Assembly (NCBI GenBank): GCA_965221845.1
Contig: OZ244919.1
Location: forward strand, 698,334 to 762,333
Length of the DNA: 64,000 bases
Direction: 5' to 3'
Origin: Paracoccaceae bacterium
GTDB lineage: Bacteria > Pseudomonadota > Alphaproteobacteria > Rhodobacterales > Rhodobacteraceae
In this document: positions 58,306 to 64,000 of the stretch, in pieces
Position numbering within the stretch: the stretch's first letter is position 1
How the letters are laid out: every line of letters starts with the position of its first letter
The notes under the pieces: model-generated
Database searches by the model: none
Seen by the model: the letters and a program-made list of their open reading frames with translations, nothing else
Told to the model about the DNA's origin: nothing
Translations under genes and position numbers: made by a program

Positions 58306-58384
58306 AGCGAGGCCTAAAAGGCATTTCAGAAAATATATATTTTTTCATAATGTCCGTAATAATCAAATATATTACAATATTTTG

Positions 58385-59694
58385 CGCCGCTTCCACTCCG
58401 AAGTGCAACATCAGCCAGCGAGGGGCGAAGCCCGAGCGGCGGCGGTCCCTTCACCGGGAGGCGTAGCCAGTCTTCCGGGGCGGTGCAAGCCCTGCCGGGC
58501 GCTGTCCGCGGCCCGCCGGACGCAGGGAGGGCGGAGCCCGACCGGAGGACGGCGGGCCGCGGACAGCGCGCATCTCCCCTCGGAGCCGCCCCCGGCGGCC
58601 CCGGAAGGCCCCCTCAGGGCGGCTGCGCCTGGTGGAAGGCCTCGGACGGGGTGAGGTAGCCCAGCGCCTTGCGCGGCCGCGCGTTGAGGCGGTCCTGGAC
58701 GGCCTGCACCTCTGCGTCCGTCACCTTGCGGAAGTCCGTGCCCTTCGGGAACCACTCCCGCACCAGCCCGTTCACGTGCTCGTTCAGGCCGCGCTCCCAG
58801 GAGTGGCAATGCCGCGCGAAGAAGAACCCCGCGCCCAGCGCCTCGGCCACCCTGGCATGGCCCGCGAACTCCTTGCCGTTGTCCGCGGTGACCGTGTGCA
58901 CGGGGAGAGGGCCCAGCATGCCGGTCATGGCCGAGCCGACCGCGTCCGCCGTCTTCCTCTCGACCCTTTCGAGCAGCGTGTACTTGGACGCCCTGTCCAC
59001 CAGGGAGACAAGCGCGCCGCCGGTGCCCTTGCCGTTGATTCGTGTCGGCCTCCCGGTCGCCGACCCGTTCCTTCGCCTCCACGACGTCCGGGCGCTCGGA
59101 GATGTCCACCCGGCCCGGGATGCGGCCGCGGCCCGCGTGGGCCCCGCCCTTCCGGTTCGGCTTCCTGCCGCGGCGGCGGAGATGCCGCCAGAGACCGCCG
59201 CCGGCCTTCCGGTCGGCGTGGATGCGCTCGTAGATCCACTGACGCCCCGCCATCGGCGCGCCCTCCTTGCGGAGGCGCCCGCTGACCTGCTCGGGGCTCC
59301 AGCCCTCGGCCAGCCGCTCCTCCGCCATGCGCCACAGCTCCGGCGTCATCTTGCGCGCCACCGACGAGGCCGCGCTGCGGCGCCTGTCCGACTTGCGCTG
59401 GGCCTGCTTGTGGCGGTAGCCGCGCCTGCCGGCGTTGCGCCGCACCTCGCGCCAGACCGTCGTGCGGTCGCGGCCGGGCTGGCGGGCGATCGCCGGGCCG
59501 GAAAGCCCGCTTTTCCTCAGGGCGTGGATCTGGCAGCGTTCCGCATGAGGCCGGTGGCGATGGCCCTCGGGCATGACGGTCTCCTTCTCGCAACGAAGGA
59601 ACTGTCGCCGCCGCCTGGCCGATTCGCAACATCATGTGTCGCCGAACGACCAGGAACACTGCATCAGGTGTTGCACTTCAGAGTGGAACGGGGG
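58385..59694 (-). mobile_element. IS30-family element, copy 2
   Basis: Same inverted repeats as copy 1. 3-bp direct repeat TTG (58382-84 and 59695-97). It lacks the 61-bp insertion of copy 1. Confidence 0.85.
58614..59574 (-). pseudogene. IS30-family transposase with the same single-base frameshift as copy 1
   Basis: ORFs 58411..59574 and 58614..59000. The extra base is at 59039-40 (reverse complement reads gacacgAatcaacggcaaggg). Confidence 0.85.
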
Positions 59695-59717
59695 TTGTAT
59701 TTTAGGTCAAGATTTTA

Positions 59718-59975
59718 GAGAAAAGACAGGATCGCTCACAGGTGCCTGTAACCGGCCCTGCAAGGGCTATTGCGGTTGCAGAGCCATAGAGGCCGTCAGT
59801 CGGAAAGAGATAAGTCTTTGGCGGATCAATCCATCCCTGCGTCAGGCGGGCCGAGGATAGCGCCCGGCCAGGCTTGCAGTATCCCGGAATTCCGGCTGTG
59901 CCGCCTGGTGAAGGGACTTCCACAGCTCGGGTTCAGCACTCGCTGGTTGCCACTGCACTTCAGACTGGGACTGAC
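59718..59975 (+). mobile_element. solo 3'-tail/right-end fragment of an IS30-like element
   Basis: ccctgcgtcaggcgggccgagg...gcttgcag...ggtgaagggac...cgctggttgccactgcacttcagactggga parallels the last 180 bp or so of IS30 copy 1, including the inverted repeat. Confidence 0.45.
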
Positions 59976-60043
59976 GGATCAAAGATACCTGCTTGATACT
60001 GTCAAGTCTTGCAACGCGCAACCATTTGACTTATACTAATCCC

Positions 60044-61501
60044 ATGTCTATTCGCCTCGCGATAAGCGCCACAAGACACTCGGATCCGTTCGTTGAGCGA
60101 ATCCGCAAACTATCTGGCTCCGATCTTGACGTCGTTCTACACTTTGGAAACAGAACCAGCGATTTCAAAGCATCTGCAACTTCCCGCATGTCTCTACAAT
60201 ACGGGCAACGCGGCCACCTTTTCTCCGACCAGCGTTGGACAGGTGTGGCGCAAAGTTTGTTTGAAAGCCCAGATTATATAGATGGACTGAATCAGTTTAT
60301 TGAAGAGTTGAGCCGATTTGATGAAAGTTATACATATAAGAATCATAAAATTCAAACTATGAGTGACTATTCAAACTATTATCATATACTAACCGATGTT
60401 ATTGCAAATAAACTGATAGAAAAAAAAATAACTCACTGTCTTTTTTTCAATGTTCCACACTTATCCTATGATACTGTTCTTTATCAAACATGTAAATCTC
60501 TTAATATAAAAACAATAATTATCGCAGAATCATTCTTTCCAAATCATTTTTGGTCTATGGAAGATCCTAAAAAAATGGGATATTTTCCAAATACCAAAAA
60601 TTGTTACTTTTATAGAATACGAAAAGGAGATTGGCCTGAGTTGAATTATATGAGCGGCGTTAAGCAAGAATGGGAGAAATCCAGCACTTTAAGCGTTAGT
60701 GTGGTAGTGAAAATATTTCTATATTTCTTACTCAAAAAACCAAATGCATTCTTGCAACCTTCATATATATGCGAAAATTTAAAAAGAGTAAAAAATATAT
60801 ACTCATTGTTCCCAAAATGGCGGGATCCTTTTGCAGAATTTTTTCATGAAGATTCATTTTGGTATTTTGAAAAAATATCGAAATATGAAGATAATGAAAT
60901 TAATCTTTCCGATGAATATGTATATTTCCCACTCCAATTACAACCAGAGATGACAACTTCAGCTTTAGGTGGTAAATTTCGTGATCAAGCCCTGGCAATA
61001 GAAAAATTAGCGGGAATACTGCCAGATGGCGTTCGTATTTTAGTCAAAGAAAACCCAAAACAAGGAAGCTTCGCCAGAAGCCCAATTTTCTTTTACCGAC
61101 TCAACCGTATTTCTTCCGTCACTTTTCTACCAAGCTGGGCTGATACTCGCGCCCTGACTCTAAATGCAAATTTTGTTGCGACAATAACTGGTACGGTGGG
61201 ATGGGAGGCGATCTGTCAAGGCAAGCCTGCACTTGTTTTTGGAAATGCTTGGTACCGGAAGCTTCCAGGCGTGACTGAATGGAGCGATCAGTTGACCTAC
61301 CAAGAAATAGTTGCTACATATGTCGATCATGATGCCCTTCAGCGACAGGTGGGTACGCTGATGGCAGTGACGCACAGCGGAGTTGTCGGTCCACAATCCG
61401 AAAAAATTGTCCCGGATTTTGATCGAGCTTCGAATTATGATTTGGTTTCTCGAACGCTTTTGGACGTGATTATGGGACGCGCACAGACTAGCTTTCAATG
61501 A
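60044..61501 (+). CDS. capsule-polysaccharide-biosynthesis-like protein (KpsS/KpsC-type Capsule_synth-like), in strongly AT-rich DNA
   Basis: ORF 59993..61501, start taken at MSIRLAIS (60044). EYVYFPLQLQPEMTTS and VKENPKQG...TITGTVGWEAICQGKPALVFG resemble capsule-synthesis / glycosyltransferase-B-fold proteins. The family assignment is tentative. Confidence 0.6.
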   Translation: MSIRLAISATRHSDPFVERIRKLSGSDLDVVLHFGNRTSDFKASATSRMSLQYGQRGHLFSDQRWTGVAQSLFESPDYIDGLNQFIEELSRFDESYTYKNHKIQTMSDYSNYYHILTDVIANKLIEKKITHCLFFNVPHLSYDTVLYQTCKSLNIKTIIIAESFFPNHFWSMEDPKKMGYFPNTKNCYFYRIRKGDWPELNYMSGVKQEWEKSSTLSVSVVVKIFLYFLLKKPNAFLQPSYICENLKRVKNIYSLFPKWRDPFAEFFHEDSFWYFEKISKYEDNEINLSDEYVYFPLQLQPEMTTSALGGKFRDQALAIEKLAGILPDGVRILVKENPKQGSFARSPIFFYRLNRISSVTFLPSWADTRALTLNANFVATITGTVGWEAICQGKPALVFGNAWYRKLPGVTEWSDQLTYQEIVATYVDHDALQRQVGTLMAVTHSGVVGPQSEKIVPDFDRASNYDLVSRTLLDVIMGRAQTSFQ

Positions 61502-61542
61502 CCTGCAAACATGGCGAGGCTATCAGCGATTGCAATACCAAT

Positions 61543-62305
61543 CGCCGCTTCCAGTCTGAAGTGCAGCGGCAGCCAGCGAGAGCGAAGCCCGAGTGGCGGA
61601 GGCACCTTCACCAGGAGGCGCTGCCGGACTTCTCGGGACGGTGCAAGCCCCGCTGGGGCGCTATCCGCGGCCCGCCGGACGCACAGGGCGAAGGAGAACT
61701 TCGCGCCAGCGCCTCCGACACGCGGGCGTGACCCGCGAACTCCTTGCCATTGTCCTGAGGTCGGAGGTGACCGTGTGCACCGAAAGGGAGTCCAGCATGT
61801 CCAGCATGCGCGTCATGGCCGCGTCGACCCTTCCGAGCAGGGTGTACTTGGACGCCCTGTCCACGAGCAACACCAGCGCGCCGCCGTGGCCCTTGCCCAC
61901 GATCGTGTCGGCCTCCCGGTCGCTGACCCACGACTTTGCCTCAACCACCGCCGGACGCTCGGAGATGTCCACCCGGCCCGCCATCTGGCGACCCCTCCAG
62001 AGCGCATGCATCCGCTGGCCTGCTGCCGGCAGCCGCGCCTTTCGGAGTTGCGCCGGACCTCCCGGCAGACTGTCGTGCGGTCCGGCCCGGCCGGTGGGCA
62101 ATCGCCAGGTCGGAAAGCCCGCTTTTCCTCAGGGCGTGGATCTGGCAGCGTTCTGCATGAAGGCCGGTGGTAGCAGCCCTCGGGCATGACAGTCTCCTTG
62201 CTTAATCACAGGGACTGTCGTCGTCGCCTGGCCGATTTGCAACATCATGTGTCACATCGACCAGAACCCGCCTGCATCAGGTATTGCACTTCACTGTGGA
62301 ACGGG
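61543..62305 (-). mobile_element. IS30-family element, copy 3, divergent and internally deleted (763 bp)
   Basis: Inverted repeats cgccgcttccagtctgaagtgcagc ... gcacttcactgtggaacggg. The remnant ORF 61661..62101 reads DREADTIVGKGHGGALVLLVDRASKYTLLGRV in frame. Confidence 0.7.
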
Positions 62306-63308
62306 ATGTCAGGCGGACTTGGAAATACGGATTTATGGTCCCGCCGAAGCTCAATTTGAAGTAACCGCGCTTCGGGCTGTTGATACCTTCAAGGTCAACC
62401 TCGCAAACACCGTCACGCGAAAGGTACAGAAACGCCTCGAAGAGTGCCATCGTCCCGCAGTGTGTGTCCCGAAGATCCGGATCGTTGGCTCCATAAAGGA
62501 AGTACGCCCTCTTGTTGTCGATGCCGAAAGCTACGACAGAGCCGACCCGCTGGTCGCAGGTACGGGCAGTGAACATGCGGAGCCTTCCCGCATCGCCGAG
62601 CGAGCCAAGCAGACGGGAGAGTAATGACAACTCCCCATCGGCTACTGCAAGCCCCTGACGTTCGAAGGTACGGCGATAAAGACGCAGAAATGTCTCGGGG
62701 TTTCCTCCCTCCGACACCACGATGCCAGCCGCCACTCCGTACCGGATTTTCCGGCGTCGGCCCTTGTTGCAGGCAAGGTAGACTGGGTGACGATCGAAAG
62801 GCAGGTCCCCACCAGCGATGTTGAGGAAGGATGTATAACGCAGGGTCAGATCGAACTTACTTCCATTGGTCCCATAATTGTGCCAGAGAACCGGCCGCAG
62901 ATCCGAGACCGACGGCGCGCATGCGAACGCCACGTCGTTGTAGGTCGACGTAAGGTTTCGCAAGATGGCGATGAGAATCCGGAAATTCTCCGAGGCCACC
63001 TGCGGCCTGTTCCGTTCAGGCGGACCCTGAACGAAGAGTGGGCCACCATGGACCACGTACGGGTCGAGAATCGCGTTTCGTCCGTCCTCGGATTCGATTA
63101 ACGCCACGCCACCCACATGCTGTGTGCCCTTGCAGCAGTACCATAGGCCAAGCGGGCGACCCATGCCCAGCAGGAAGGATGATGTGCTGAAGACTGTCCC
63201 TTGCGGCGACGCCTCCACGAAATCGTCCCAGGCTGAATTAGGCTCCGTGCGGACTAGCCTGTAGGCAGAAAGGTCCATCAACCCGGGATCGTAGAATTTG
63301 CTTGACAT
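62277..63308 (-). CDS. FemAB/BioF2-like GNAT-fold acyl- or aminoacyl-transferase, 3' end replaced by IS30 sequence
   Basis: 343 aa with a two-lobed GNAT-like layout (tentative). The last nine codons or so (TSRSTVKCNT) and the stop lie inside the IS30 copy 3 terminal repeat (62277-62305). Confidence 0.6.
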   Translation of the reverse strand: MSSKFYDPGLMDLSAYRLVRTEPNSAWDDFVEASPQGTVFSTSSFLLGMGRPLGLWYCCKGTQHVGGVALIESEDGRNAILDPYVVHGGPLFVQGPPERNRPQVASENFRILIAILRNLTSTYNDVAFACAPSVSDLRPVLWHNYGTNGSKFDLTLRYTSFLNIAGGDLPFDRHPVYLACNKGRRRKIRYGVAAGIVVSEGGNPETFLRLYRRTFERQGLAVADGELSLLSRLLGSLGDAGRLRMFTARTCDQRVGSVVAFGIDNKRAYFLYGANDPDLRDTHCGTMALFEAFLYLSRDGVCEVDLEGINSPKRGYFKLSFGGTINPYFQVRLTSRSTVKCNT

Positions 63309-63367
63309 CTCGTTCTCGTTGAATTATTTGCGACAACAACATAAGCTGATCAGTCCGAGGCAACAAT

Positions 63368-64000
63368 ATGCAATCTTTCGATTCGATCTGGGAAAGGATA
63401 TATGGTTCGGGCCAGCAGCTCAACCGATACCCCTATTCATCCGTCGTTACCTTTCTCTTCCGGCACCACCCCCGGAAGAAGAAGCCTGCCCAAACTCGGG
63501 TTCTGGAAGTTGGCTGCGGCGCAGGCAACAACCTCTCACTCGTTGCGCAGGAGGGGTTTGATGCTACAGGGATTGACGCAAGCGAGTTGGCGATATCTCA
63601 TGCCAGAAAGTGGTTCGCAGAAAAAGGCTTGCGAGCCGATCTTCGAGTAGCCGACTTCGCGGCTCTGCCTTTTGAAGGCGCGAGTTTCGATTTGGTCATT
63701 GAACGTGCCGCCTTTTCCCAGGCGCCCAAGCCAGTTGTGCAGAAAGCCGTCCATGAGGTGACAAGGGTTCTAGTCCCCGGGGGAGTGCTACATTCGGAAA
63801 TCTACTCGGACCGTGCTACAGCCCGCGGGCCCGAAATTGATGGCGGTATGATTCTTACTGAAGAGGGGCCTTATGCCGGTGTCGGCCAGATGGCCTTCTA
63901 CTCCAGGAGCGAAATCGAAGCGCTGTTTGCGGGAATGCTTGAGATCGAGAAGCTGCATCATGTCGAGTCTATTGACATGAGTGCCAAGCCCTATGAAGTG
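63368..64000 (+). CDS. class I SAM-dependent methyltransferase (5' part, runs off the window)
   Basis: My own translation from ATG 63368 is MQSFDSIWERIYGSGQQLNRYPY...VLEVGCGAGNNLSLVAQEGFDATGIDASE...FDLVIERAAF...LVPGGVL. It is open to position 64000 and is not in the ORF track because no stop lies in the window. Confidence 0.7.
   Translation, partial: MQSFDSIWERIYGSGQQLNRYPYSSVVTFLFRHHPRKKKPAQTRVLEVGCGAGNNLSLVAQEGFDATGIDASELAISHARKWFAEKGLRADLRVADFAALPFEGASFDLVIERAAFSQAPKPVVQKAVHEVTRVLVPGGVLHSEIYSDRATARGPEIDGGMILTEEGPYAGVGQMAFYSRSEIEALFAGMLEIEKLHHVESIDMSAKPYEV

Larger units (their letters stand above)
58305..59714. mobile_element. IS5-derived MITE (MITE-3) split by IS30 copy 2
   Basis: gagcgaggcctaaaag... 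(58305-58384) and ...tattttaggtcaagatt (59698-59714) add up to 97 bp once the IS30 insert and its TTG duplication are removed. TTA direct repeat (58302-04 and 59715-17). Confidence 0.55.

Overview
The window looks like a high-GC chromosome segment of alphaproteobacterial type (about two-thirds G+C by eye, not computed).

Core block (about 15.4-45 kb), mostly housekeeping genes:
- a DMT transporter, two cyclophilin PPIases, pgk and a class I fba
- a late cobalamin / nucleotide-loop cluster: cobO-cobQ; cobD-cbiB-BluE-like kinase-CobC-like phosphatase; cobU-cobT-cobS
- a TPP-enzyme / enolase-superfamily / MFS operon
- a tandemly duplicated small membrane-protein gene
- brnA next to a truncated brnT
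- suhB, an orphan form-II CoxL-like subunit, valS, a kinase-like gene and a methyltransferase

Two accessory regions flank the core and are saturated with mobile elements that are mostly decayed and often nested:
- 0.6-15.1 kb: a degenerate group II intron, ISKra4-type elements plus a 144-bp miniature derivative, IS5/IS1031-like copies with 97-98-bp MITEs, and an intact-looking IS427-like element.
- 45.4-64 kb: an IS1595-like element with a nested IS110-like element, an IS5 copy, an ISKra4-type element carrying nested IS30-like and IS110 remnants, three IS30-like copies, and a visibly AT-rich surface-polysaccharide-type gene set.

The most interesting cargo is in two places:
- A two-gene operon at 6187-10101: a PHP-domain + SMC-like ABC ATPase (Ppl-like) followed by an AlbA_2/HATPase_c_4 (Schlafen-like) protein. 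It sits between IS debris and a MITE.
- A translationally coupled small protein + extended PIN-domain pair at 51316-52460.

No rRNA, tRNA or CRISPR array was seen. Many genes carry single frameshifts, so either real decay or an indel-prone assembly has to be considered. All family names come from motif recognition by eye, not from database searches.
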